A stretch of DNA of 30,000 nucleotides from the IMG/VR virus record IMGVR_UViG_3300034684_000247, positions 1-30,000 of that record; one strand, written 5' to 3'. This document shows, in pieces, positions 17,309-26,059 of the stretch. Made by a program: the position numbers and the translations under genes. Under the pieces are notes generated by a model. That model did not search any database, was not told the origin of the DNA, and was given only the letters and a program-made list of their open reading frames with translations. Each line of letters begins with the position of its first letter. The stretch's first letter is position 1. This stretch comes from a virus (Duplodnaviria > Caudoviricetes).

Positions 17309-20300
17309 TTAAAGCCTTTTTCTCAGAGTATTTGCAGGCATACCCATCAGGTTGTAACGGTATGCCATGATGTCGTCGGTGAGAGTCTTGAGTTCGTTCT
17401 GTTTCGCCTCAAGCTCATCAAGAACGCCATAGTACTTGTCGTCCAACTCCTCTTGGACTTTTACAGGTGAGATCCCGAGCCCTCCCAAGCCCAATACCGA
17501 GGAGGCACTGTCCCTGTTCCGGTCCGCTTGTTGTTTCCTGGAATCGAACATTGGGTCCCCAGCCTGTTTCTTGAGCGCCTCTATCTCATAAGTGAGCTGC
17601 GGGTCGACGTAATCAGCAAACATCACAAGGTTGTGAACCCCGTCGGAGTCTGCTGTTGCCATCCCCCAACCCAAGGTGCCTCGTTTTTCGGCATCTGCAT
17701 CAGTGGCAATGAAGTACAATCCTTCCGCCTTCGGATCCGAAAAAGCCCAATTCTTACCCATGACCTTCATGTCACTGGGTTTGATGCCAAAGGATCCTAT
17801 CAGGGCTTTTTCAAGCGCTCCACCTGCCATCAGGAAAGACACATTCGCCATCACCTTCAATTGTTCAAATCGTGTCCCGTTATCCAGCAGTTCCTGGTAA
17901 TCCTTATATGGAGTGAGTTTCCTGGAGAGTGCATCCTGGACAATTGTCTTGTCGGCATTCCTCAAGCTTCTGATTTCTGGTTGCTGGACCACGTCATAGT
18001 TGATCAGAACGTCATAATCCCCAGCCTGTACGTCCTGCAGGAATGTTGAGACCGTGCTGTGCTCAAGATTTGTAATGCGTTTGGAGATATCCCCGTTTGC
18101 CATCAAGTCAGTGACCTTCTCCAGGTCATCGAGGGAGTTCTTGGCCAGATTATTGACGGCAAACGTCTGGAGTTGTGCCTGCAACTTGGAAAAGTCACTC
18201 CCCAGCAATTCAGGATTCATTGCAATTGCCTTGTTTGCCGAATCATTCAATGTTGTTCTCAGCCGATCCCGATTTGAGTTGTAGACCTCACCCTTCTTGA
18301 CGGGGAATACCTCATCGGCAATCTTCCCGATATAGGCTTGAAGATCCGCCTCCTTGGGGTTCTCAGCAAATGCATACTTCTGGGTGAGCCGTTTATCCTG
18401 CGCAGTTTCAGCCTTGATCAGACCGTTGTTGACGAATCCCTCAACCGCCTGGCGGAGGCTCTCCGACGATACATTCTGGTCACGTCTCAAGGAATCAATG
18501 AAGGATAGTGCAAGGGGACTGTCCACCAGGAAAGAGTCCTTGGTACTGGCCATCTCAATTATTTGCTCCCTGATATCATCATTGCGGATGAGGGCGAGTT
18601 CCTCCTGGGTGAGATATTTCCCTTCACCGTCCTTGATGATCTGGAGCATGTTAGAAACCAGCGCTTCCTGTGTCATCCCTCGTTCCAGAGGAGGACGGGA
18701 TGATGGTATCTGTTCGGCCTTGGGAGCCGTTACCCCAGCCTGCTTCTGTACACTCTCAGCCTCGGAGGCAAGTCTGGCTTGATAGGCAGCTCTTTCTTCC
18801 TTGATTCCCTTCCGTCGCTCCTGACGCTTTGCGGAATATTGCTCATACCACCAAGGATCTGCAGATTCTTCTTCCTCTGATTCCAGGTCTGGCTCTTCCT
18901 CCGATGATTGCTCTTGCCCCTCTGCTGGCTCTTCCTTTTTCTGGTGTGTAATTTTCTCAACTTGCTCGTCAACGATTTCCCTGGCTGCTTCTCGTACAGC
19001 CGCTGATGAAGGCTCTTCCCCCTTCTCGGGAGCTTCCCCACCTGCTCCCATATCCAGAGGGGCCCCCAGTCCCAGAGAGATCTTTGGGACAATTGCCTTC
19101 TCGACTTCCTTGATATGCTCCTCTATGTATTCTTCCCCGCGATCCTCCAACTGGGCCGGGTCAAGCTGCGGTGCTTTCGACCGAGTGGTTTCTGCAATCT
19201 CTGCAATTGTCTGCTCGGGAATCCGGGAAACTGTGCCGATCTCGTCCTGGGTATTCGCAAGCATGTCCTTTGCAACTTTCGTGACATCACTCTCCAAGTC
19301 GAGCTGTGCTTTGGTGAACATCGCCAGAGCCTTGGTCCTTGCCCTTGCTGACACTGGGCCATCATAGCCCTGGATTGCTTCCCTCGCCTCGGATAGGCTT
19401 TTCCCGGATGAGACAAGGGCTTCCCCATAACCGACCAGCAAGGTCGAGCCCAACTCATCACGTTTCTCCGGATCATGGACCAGTTCCACCTGTTTCCATT
19501 CTGCTTCAGTTGGCAATCTCGATTCGTCTGCTATGCTGAGGATTGATGCTTCCAGAAGCTTGTCGTTGTTTGCATATGCATCCTTCTTGGCCTTGAATAC
19601 TCCAAGCCGATGCTTGGCAGGAAGTGCTTCCATCATCCCGTCAAGCATGGATACATCAAAGATCTCACCATCATCATATGCTTGGGCTATCCCAGCGTTC
19701 ACCTCGTCCAGCTGGGAGGCATACATGGTATCCATCTGCTGGTCATATTCAGTCTTCCAGGAACTGACTTGCTTCTTCATCTCCTTCTTCTGGCTTGCAT
19801 CAAGCCCCAACTCAAAGGCAACCTGGTCAATGCTTTCCGTCAGGCTGAAGCTGTCATCGGCATAATGATCCATGTATGATTTCTGCACCACCTGCATTCC
19901 CTTGACCGGTGCAATCGAATACGCATACTCATCAACCATCTTCCCGACGGTCGCCTCGTTGAAGATCTGGAGCTCCTCGAGATGATCCTTGTACCCTTTC
20001 AGGGTCTGTGCATAATCCAGTGAGCTGTCACTGGCCAATGCCGACCCGAGGCCTTCAACCTCAACCTCGATCTCAGCCATCTTCCCCTTGGTCCTGAGAA
20101 TGCCCGCATTGCTGGAGATTTGTTTCTTGTAGACGGGAATATACTCATCCCTGATGGTCCGTTTTGCCTCATCACTCAACAACTCGTTCTCATCAAGCTG
20201 CATCTCGATATCGGCAAAATACGCATCAATCTTCTCTTGGTAACTGTCATAATCCCTGTCGTATTGGAGATTGTAAAGAAACTCCTCATTGAGCCCCTCT

Positions 20301-20464
20301 ATACCGGTGGTTTCCCGGGTGATGTCTGCCTTGTCCTTTGCCTGGTCAAGGGCTTGGTCGTACTTGGCAAGTGATGCTATTCCCCCGAGGAAATTCATCC
20401 CTGTGTCCAAGGCACTTGCCTGTGCATCAGCCTTCAGCCCCGCCACATATGATTTCACACCCAT
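17309..20464 (-). CDS. Probable internal virion (ejection/core) protein, positional equivalent of T7 gp15
   Basis: 1051 aa, apparently helical and acidic, with a low-complexity Glu-rich middle. AGGAG RBS. Assigned by synteny only. Confidence 0.6.
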   Translation of the reverse strand: MGVKSYVAGLKADAQASALDTGMNFLGGIASLAKYDQALDQAKDKADITRETTGIEGLNEEFLYNLQYDRDYDSYQEKIDAYFADIEMQLDENELLSDEAKRTIRDEYIPVYKKQISSNAGILRTKGKMAEIEVEVEGLGSALASDSSLDYAQTLKGYKDHLEELQIFNEATVGKMVDEYAYSIAPVKGMQVVQKSYMDHYADDSFSLTESIDQVAFELGLDASQKKEMKKQVSSWKTEYDQQMDTMYASQLDEVNAGIAQAYDDGEIFDVSMLDGMMEALPAKHRLGVFKAKKDAYANNDKLLEASILSIADESRLPTEAEWKQVELVHDPEKRDELGSTLLVGYGEALVSSGKSLSEAREAIQGYDGPVSARARTKALAMFTKAQLDLESDVTKVAKDMLANTQDEIGTVSRIPEQTIAEIAETTRSKAPQLDPAQLEDRGEEYIEEHIKEVEKAIVPKISLGLGAPLDMGAGGEAPEKGEEPSSAAVREAAREIVDEQVEKITHQKKEEPAEGQEQSSEEEPDLESEEEESADPWWYEQYSAKRQERRKGIKEERAAYQARLASEAESVQKQAGVTAPKAEQIPSSRPPLERGMTQEALVSNMLQIIKDGEGKYLTQEELALIRNDDIREQIIEMASTKDSFLVDSPLALSFIDSLRRDQNVSSESLRQAVEGFVNNGLIKAETAQDKRLTQKYAFAENPKEADLQAYIGKIADEVFPVKKGEVYNSNRDRLRTTLNDSANKAIAMNPELLGSDFSKLQAQLQTFAVNNLAKNSLDDLEKVTDLMANGDISKRITNLEHSTVSTFLQDVQAGDYDVLINYDVVQQPEIRSLRNADKTIVQDALSRKLTPYKDYQELLDNGTRFEQLKVMANVSFLMAGGALEKALIGSFGIKPSDMKVMGKNWAFSDPKAEGLYFIATDADAEKRGTLGWGMATADSDGVHNLVMFADYVDPQLTYEIEALKKQAGDPMFDSRKQQADRNRDSASSVLGLGGLGISPVKVQEELDDKYYGVLDELEAKQNELKTLTDDIMAYRYNLMGMPANTLRKRL

Positions 20465-20473
20465 GCATTTCTC

Positions 20474-21250
20474 CTAAGCGAACATAGCCATGCCCTGGAA
20501 GAACCCGCCGAAGCCTCCTCCTATGATGTCCCACTTTCTCGCTGAATCGAGGGCTTCCCTTCCTTCAGTCTTGAGGTAGTTGATATCACTTGCGAGGTAT
20601 CCTCCCTTGAGCTCATAGGTCTCCTTCGCCTGCGCCAATTGCAGGTCGAGCTTTCCTATTTCCCTTTCCAAGGCATTGTTGTTCTGCGTGATTTTCCTTC
20701 TGTATGCAGCTTCCTGCTGGTTTGCAGAGACATAATTGTTCAAGGCACTCGTGTATGTCTGGTACCTTGCAATCTGGTTCTGTTTCCGAGCTGTATCCTT
20801 TGCCGTAGCTCCTGCACTGATGGCGTTCTCCACACGAGCTTGCGCGGTACCCGTTCCCCGGAAACCGCTTGTTGCCGCTTGTTGCCTAGCCGCACCCGTT
20901 TGTTGGGTGTTCTGTACTTCCAGCGTTGCCAATTGCAATGCATTCACGGTGCTTTGCATGGACCCGGCCGTTGCAGTTTGTTCCAGGGCCATGTCCCTGT
21001 TGGCAAGGGTCTCCTCTGCAAGCAGGTTCAGTTCTGTATTTGCCTCGGCTGTCCCCGCCTTTGCCTGCTCCACCCCCAGGTTGTAGCTTTGTTTTGCTTG
21101 GTTGTAACCGGTATCCAGCAGTGTCTTCTGCCTGTTCAGGTCCTCTAGTTTGTCCTGGTACTCAGCTTCCCGTTGGTCAGCCTTGTTGCGCCCATTGATG
21201 GCACCCATCAGTCCACCTGCTACAGCTCCCAATACCAACAATCCACCCAT
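20474..21250 (-). CDS. Probable small internal virion (ejection) protein, positional equivalent of T7 gp14 / P22 gp7
   Basis: 258 aa. Gly-rich hydrophobic N- and C-termini (MGGLLVLGAVAGGLMGA; IIGGGFGGFFQGMAMFA) flank an Ala/Gln-rich coiled coil. The central 'AATSGFRGTGT' resembles the A.SG..G motif of such proteins. Follows the nozzle gene. Confidence 0.65.
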   Translation of the reverse strand: MGGLLVLGAVAGGLMGAINGRNKADQREAEYQDKLEDLNRQKTLLDTGYNQAKQSYNLGVEQAKAGTAEANTELNLLAEETLANRDMALEQTATAGSMQSTVNALQLATLEVQNTQQTGAARQQAATSGFRGTGTAQARVENAISAGATAKDTARKQNQIARYQTYTSALNNYVSANQQEAAYRRKITQNNNALEREIGKLDLQLAQAKETYELKGGYLASDINYLKTEGREALDSARKWDIIGGGFGGFFQGMAMFA

Positions 21251-22857
21251 CAGCCAACCTCCAATCCATACACCATCGCAAGGATCGTCAACGGCTTGTC
21301 CCCAATTGACCGCACTTCCATCTTCAGTTCCTTGTCATATCCGCCACCGATCCGGACCATCACATCCCCTTCCTCGATGCTTTTCTCATATGTCTCCAAT
21401 CCGTTGTACCCAGCTTGGAATCCCTCGCTGTTCAGCATCCGGAAAACAATCCTGGAGATTTTCTTGGATTTCCCTATCGTGGTCCCGCTTTCCAGTTGCG
21501 TCTCAAACCTGTTTGAGACCATCACGGAGTCAAATGAGATGGGATTGTCTGTATTGTGCTGATCGCTGTACGTGTTGGAACCTTCATCGAAACGTTCAAG
21601 ATGGTAGACACCCCCACGTTCAATGACAGCCACCACATCCTGCCCCATCGGGGTATCCACGACAGAGATGCTTTTTACACGGCCATTGAATGTCCATCTG
21701 GCCCATCCTTGGATCTGGTACAGCTTGTTGTAAGAAAGGACTGCAAGGTCCCCATTGTCCAGGACCATGTATACCCTTGGTTCAGGGATGCGTTGGAAAA
21801 CCCACTCCCTGACCCCCGATGCGAGGATATGGTCTGCAGTGAAAGTCAGGTCCGGGCTGCTGTAGCCACTATCCGCCATCACATAGCCCCTGCAACGTTT
21901 TCGTCCGCTCTGGATGAACAGGATGTCCTCATTCACGTTCAAGGCCTGTAGGGGGGCACTGCCGTACGCTGATGTTTGCACGATGGAAGGTTCCAGTGCA
22001 TTGATGTTGCCGGGCATGATCCATTCTCCGCTCGAGGTACCCACAACCAGGTTCTTCCCGACAGTGAGCCACTCAATCCGGTCATTCCTGTTGGATCCCA
22101 CCTCGAGGATCATCGCGTTGTCGGCACTTGTTACTTCCCTGGAGGTGGTCTTCTCTTCATAGATGAGTGACTGGTCCTCTTCCCAGCCTTCAGGCCAAGG
22201 GGGATCCTTGATCACCTTGTCCACAGAGACAACAACATCATAAGTCCTGAAGTCATTGGTCACGAATGGCCGTGAGGCCCACAACCTGTAGGGATGGTTG
22301 ATGCTGGAGGCAAACCAGAGCCGGTTGCTGCAGTAGGCAACACAGCCTGGATAGTTGCCATCACCTTGGAACAACCCGTCATAGATGTTGTCCGTAGTGG
22401 GCACCAGTGTGGACCATGTGAAGCTTCCCCCGATGTACCGCAACTGTCTGGGTGCATGGTTCCTGTGTGCCAGATACAGCGTCTCGTAATCCTGGGTGAA
22501 CTGGATCTCCGACAACTCTCCAGCGGTATAGGGAACCTTCTTCCCCCCGAGAGCGTCCTCCCCTGACACAATGACTGGGTACAGCGTCCCATCACTGTTC
22601 CTGATATAAATTTCCTCGGGTCGCAGCTCGATGATGAATGAGAGATCCACACTGATCGTGAATGGGATGAGCCTGCATTCCTTTTCCAAGGTATCGAGCA
22701 ATTCAGTACCCGGCCTTCTTGTTATACCTCCCTGCAACATGGCAAGGAAGTTCTCAAGCCGACTGACTCCGGAGTGATAGATCCCAAGGTCCGGCCTTCC
22801 CCCAAGCTTGGGTGACACTTCCCCGCTCGTGAAGTTGTTGATCAACACATCAGCCAT
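21250..22857 (-). CDS. Tail nozzle (tail tubular protein B-like)
   Basis: N-terminal NFTSGEVSPKLGGRPD..Y and NF....GGITRRPGT, then YPGCVAY..NRLWF, and C-terminal PLTILAM, all typical of podovirus nozzle proteins. Confidence 0.85.
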   Translation of the reverse strand: MADVLINNFTSGEVSPKLGGRPDLGIYHSGVSRLENFLAMLQGGITRRPGTELLDTLEKECRLIPFTISVDLSFIIELRPEEIYIRNSDGTLYPVIVSGEDALGGKKVPYTAGELSEIQFTQDYETLYLAHRNHAPRQLRYIGGSFTWSTLVPTTDNIYDGLFQGDGNYPGCVAYCSNRLWFASSINHPYRLWASRPFVTNDFRTYDVVVSVDKVIKDPPWPEGWEEDQSLIYEEKTTSREVTSADNAMILEVGSNRNDRIEWLTVGKNLVVGTSSGEWIMPGNINALEPSIVQTSAYGSAPLQALNVNEDILFIQSGRKRCRGYVMADSGYSSPDLTFTADHILASGVREWVFQRIPEPRVYMVLDNGDLAVLSYNKLYQIQGWARWTFNGRVKSISVVDTPMGQDVVAVIERGGVYHLERFDEGSNTYSDQHNTDNPISFDSVMVSNRFETQLESGTTIGKSKKISRIVFRMLNSEGFQAGYNGLETYEKSIEEGDVMVRIGGGYDKELKMEVRSIGDKPLTILAMVYGLEVG

Positions 22858-22858
22858 G

Positions 22859-23386
22859 TCACCCCTCCCGGCTGTTGTTGTGACATTCCGTGGAAATCAA
22901 TCCATTGAGTGCCCATGTGTACTTCTGAAGCGTTATCTGGTCTATCTTCCCTTCCGGTGCAAGGAGAGGTGCGATTTGGTAGGCAAGTGCATAGGCAATC
23001 AACTCATAGAAATCTGCAGGCACATGGCTTGCAGGCAGGCTTTCCATGATGCCGTATACCACCGGCTCATCCAGATCCGTATAGATTCTCCCCCCTGCTA
23101 CCTCATAGGGGAATTCACTGAATGCATGGACAACCTTGAGCAAACCCTCCGGGAGAAGGAACCCATGAAGATATCCCCTCCCAGGTTCATCGTCTTCCAA
23201 GACAAGCTGGAGCCTGACAATCAGGAACGACCAGTCGAACTCACGCATCACCCTGAGTTGGGCCAGGTTATGATACAGCTTGCACAAACGCACCTCCCTT
23301 GAGGGATTCGGGCTGTCCAGGTCTTCCTGGGTGACCTCGCGATCAAACAGGGAAAGTGCAATGCTGTAAAGCTCAAGGTCTGTCAT
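22859..23386 (-). CDS. Tail adaptor (tail tubular protein A-like)
   Basis: MTDLELYSIAL start, FDWSF motif and F.ELIAY.LA..IAP.L motif. Lies between capsid genes and nozzle. GGAG RBS favours ATG 23386 (or 23389) over 23401. Confidence 0.8.
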   Translation of the reverse strand: MTDLELYSIALSLFDREVTQEDLDSPNPSREVRLCKLYHNLAQLRVMREFDWSFLIVRLQLVLEDDEPGRGYLHGFLLPEGLLKVVHAFSEFPYEVAGGRIYTDLDEPVVYGIMESLPASHVPADFYELIAYALAYQIAPLLAPEGKIDQITLQKYTWALNGLISTECHNNSREG

Positions 23387-23404
23387 CATATGCTCCAACA
23401 ATTC

Positions 23405-23420
23405 GGGGGCCGAAGCCCCC
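23405..23420 (-). terminator. GC-rich hairpin with cUUCGg tetraloop after the head genes (terminator/attenuator or mRNA stabiliser)
   Basis: Minus strand GGGGGC-TTCG-GCCCCC lies 6 nt after the stop at 23427. The U-tract is weak (GAATTGTT), so it is probably leaky. Confidence 0.6.
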
Positions 23421-23426
23421 TGTCAT

Positions 23427-23588
23427 TCACTTTTTCGAGACTGCCTTCTTGGGGGCAGGCTCTTCCTCGGCCAACTTCTCAAGCAGGTTGAAACTGATGA
23501 CCGTCCCTTTTGCCACCTTGATTGTCTGTCCCTTCTTCAGGAACAACCCATTCCAGTAGCAATCCCTCTTGGCTACATAGGTATCCAT
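23427..23588 (-). CDS. Small hypothetical head-region protein (53 aa, MDTYVAKRDCYWNGLFLKKGQTIKV...)
   Basis: ATG 23588 overlaps the upstream TGA (TGATG). Short beta-rich domain with a Lys/Pro tail, as is common downstream of capsid genes. Confidence 0.7.
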   Translation of the reverse strand: MDTYVAKRDCYWNGLFLKKGQTIKVAKGTVISFNLLEKLAEEEPAPKKAVSKK

Positions 23589-23986
23589 CACAAAGGCCTC
23601 ACAACCCCGACTGCGGACCCTCCAGTGAAGGTATCTGCAGTCGCGTTCTTCAGACTGACCCGTACAATCTGGCCGCATCCGTCTGGCAGAGCGGCCTTGT
23701 ACACCTCAGCCCCTTCACCGAGTTCTGCAAGGGGGAGCACCTCACCGGAAGCCACCTGCTTGAATGCACCCTCGGGATCCTTGGTCTCCACAATCACCTG
23801 CAAGGTCGGTGCACCTGCAGAGGCCGCCCCTTCGGCCAGATACACCTCCAGGACCTCATTGGTCTCCACGGTCTGGTTCTTTGCACCAAAATCAATCTCC
23901 ACCCCGTTGTAGGTTGCATTTGCCCCCACCTCGGCCAATGGAAGCATGATCGGGCTGAATACCGTTCTAGTCTTCTCAATAATCAT
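23588..23986 (-). CDS. Capsid cement/decoration protein (Bbp16-like)
   Basis: 132 aa, beta-rich, immediately after the major capsid gene. MII.K start, IDFG, A.LQV..ET and TFTGG motifs. GAGGAGG RBS. Confidence 0.65.
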   Translation of the reverse strand: MIIEKTRTVFSPIMLPLAEVGANATYNGVEIDFGAKNQTVETNEVLEVYLAEGAASAGAPTLQVIVETKDPEGAFKQVASGEVLPLAELGEGAEVYKAALPDGCGQIVRVSLKNATADTFTGGSAVGVVRPL

Positions 23987-23997
23987 CTAGCACCTCC

Positions 23998-25008
23998 TCA
24001 TACCAGCTTGGATTCGGTGGAAAGCATCGAATCACAACGACGGACAACAAACGAGTCGAACATGACATCCCCGATGGCATTCTTGGGAATTGAATCGACA
24101 TACTTTGCAGGGGAGACACGACCCGCATATCCCTTGCGCATGAGGCTGATCACCCTGTTGTTCGCATAGAGTGTCGCCCTGCTCTGGAAGTCCACGGGCA
24201 TTGCCGCGAAGGCATCATAGATTGCCGCCTCAAGGTTGGTGAGTGTAGTGGTCAGGTTCTCTGTTGAGGTATCAATGTTGGCAATCCTGATCACACTCTT
24301 CCTGTTGGCAATCCCAAGACCTGCAGTACAGGCATACTTGGTCTTTGCAACCTCGATGATCGTCCCATCAGGCTGGGTTTCCGCCACATAAGGGTATGCT
24401 GTGAACTCCATGCCGTTGTCCTTCTTGTGGCTCGGATACAACAGGTGTGCACCCTCGTCCACATCCCAATACACGAGGAGCATGGAAGACATCCCATTTG
24501 CGTTGTCACCCTTTGCATCAAGCGTGATGAACGGCAATTGCTCATCACCCGCCACCCCGTCAATGTCTGTCACCTTCGTGAACCGGGGCATGAAGCCAAG
24601 GAACTTTCTCGGGTCCTGGTTGCGGTTGCCGTACAGCAACCCTTCCTCGAGATCCAAGCCGAGTCCACGCAGGTGCCTGCGATCCTCACGCCAGCGAAGC
24701 TCCTTGTCATGGGGGCTGATATCCATGGTCTTCTTCAGGCTTCTCGACCATGCCTCAATGATGCCGAGCTCCTCAGCATACTTCTCCTGCGACCCCTTGT
24801 TTGGCTTGGCTCCTTCGTCAATGGCAACCCAGGTACCACGAGGTGGTTCTCCCTCACGCCCACCGATATCCCTGAGCATGTCGCTCGAGGCCTTCCACGG
24901 TGCATCGTTCCACATGGTTACGCGCTTGGTTACCTCATCCACTACAGGGACGAGATCCTCGTTGTGGGTTGCGGCCGCAACGTCTGCGAATGTCAAATAA
25001 TCAGGCAT
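23998..25008 (-). CDS. Major capsid protein (BPP-1 Bbp17-like, HK97 fold)
   Basis: 336 aa. LLYGN....P..F.GF.PRF, RIANID and C-terminal VRRCDSMLSTESKLV motifs. GAGGAGG RBS. Follows the scaffold gene. Confidence 0.88.
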   Translation of the reverse strand: MPDYLTFADVAAATHNEDLVPVVDEVTKRVTMWNDAPWKASSDMLRDIGGREGEPPRGTWVAIDEGAKPNKGSQEKYAEELGIIEAWSRSLKKTMDISPHDKELRWREDRRHLRGLGLDLEEGLLYGNRNQDPRKFLGFMPRFTKVTDIDGVAGDEQLPFITLDAKGDNANGMSSMLLVYWDVDEGAHLLYPSHKKDNGMEFTAYPYVAETQPDGTIIEVAKTKYACTAGLGIANRKSVIRIANIDTSTENLTTTLTNLEAAIYDAFAAMPVDFQSRATLYANNRVISLMRKGYAGRVSPAKYVDSIPKNAIGDVMFDSFVVRRCDSMLSTESKLV

Positions 25009-25017
25009 TTACCCTCC

Positions 25018-25767
25018 TCAGTCTGGATAATGGACCGGCACCTTGGGGTTCTTCCCCCGTGAGGCTGTGGTGTTGCTCGGGAATGAGCCATCTTCCCTGA
25101 TGGACTCCCCGATTCTCGCCAACAAATCAGCCACTGCCGGGTTGATGCTTGCCCCTGTACGATCCAATGCGCTTGCAAGATTCTCATCGGGTTGTACCAA
25201 CGCTACATACGCCCTGCTCATCGCCTTGCGCTTCTCGTCGTACTTGTCACCCCATGTCTTCTTCAGCTGCGCCTCACACCAATCCTTTCCCTTCTCGATC
25301 AGTTGCTTCGTGGAACCTTCCTGCCCGGCTGAAACTGCATCGAACACCTTCTCTGCAACCTCCTCTGGGACACCGGCTTCCTGCAATGTCGTCTTGAGGG
25401 AATCGGAAATCACTCCGAACGGGTCGGAATCTGCATCCAGACTCTTCTCAAAATTCTCGTATTGTATGGGCTTTGTTTCCCTTGTGTTGCTTCCAGATCC
25501 CTCGCTCCCATCATTCTTGGCTCTTGTGCTCCGCACATAATCCGCCAGCGTTGCGTATTGCTGGAGATCAGCCTCGTTCTTCAGGTCGTTCGGTAGCTGT
25601 GCCATCCACGCAGGGCTGGCCGTACCCTTCCCACCCTCAGGGGTGGAATTGCCAGTGCTTTGGGTTCCCTCAGGTTGCCCAGACCCCTGTTGTTCCATCC
25701 CATCAGCCGCAGGCGCCCCGTTGGCTTCAGGTTCAACAGCAGTGTTGGTCCCATTGTTCGTAACCAT
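25018..25767 (-). CDS. Capsid assembly scaffolding protein
   Basis: Disordered N-terminus, WMAQLP.DLK, LKKTWGDKYD and NPAV..LLARIG.SIREDG motifs. Probable start ATG 25767 with AAGGAG RBS. Confidence 0.75.
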   Translation of the reverse strand: MVTNNGTNTAVEPEANGAPAADGMEQQGSGQPEGTQSTGNSTPEGGKGTASPAWMAQLPNDLKNEADLQQYATLADYVRSTRAKNDGSEGSGSNTRETKPIQYENFEKSLDADSDPFGVISDSLKTTLQEAGVPEEVAEKVFDAVSAGQEGSTKQLIEKGKDWCEAQLKKTWGDKYDEKRKAMSRAYVALVQPDENLASALDRTGASINPAVADLLARIGESIREDGSFPSNTTASRGKNPKVPVHYPD

Positions 25768-25786
25768 CGCGTTCTCCTTCATCCGG

Positions 25787-26059
25787 TCAGTCGACCGGTT
25801 GTTTCCATTCATGGCTGAGCATCCATCTCAGGAGCTCAATCAAGGACTCCTCATCCAGAAGGCCCAGGTCTTCCATCTTCCGTATGCCGTGGTTGTGCAG
25901 TTCCACAGCCCCGGGCTCACAAGGAATCTGGTCGAACACCCCGCATTCACGCAGGGTTCTTGCCAGTTCAAAAAGGCCTTCCTCTGTCCGATAGACGTTA
26001 CGCAACGCATTGCGCATGCTGATGGTTTCCCTGTCTATCTCTTGTTCCTTGTTGATCAT
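25787..26059 (-). CDS. Small protein between portal and scaffold (Bbp19-like)
   Basis: 90 aa with an RNVY.TEEG..EL...L..CG motif. ATGA overlap with the portal stop. Confidence 0.65.
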   Translation of the reverse strand: MINKEQEIDRETISMRNALRNVYRTEEGLFELARTLRECGVFDQIPCEPGAVELHNHGIRKMEDLGLLDEESLIELLRWMLSHEWKQPVD

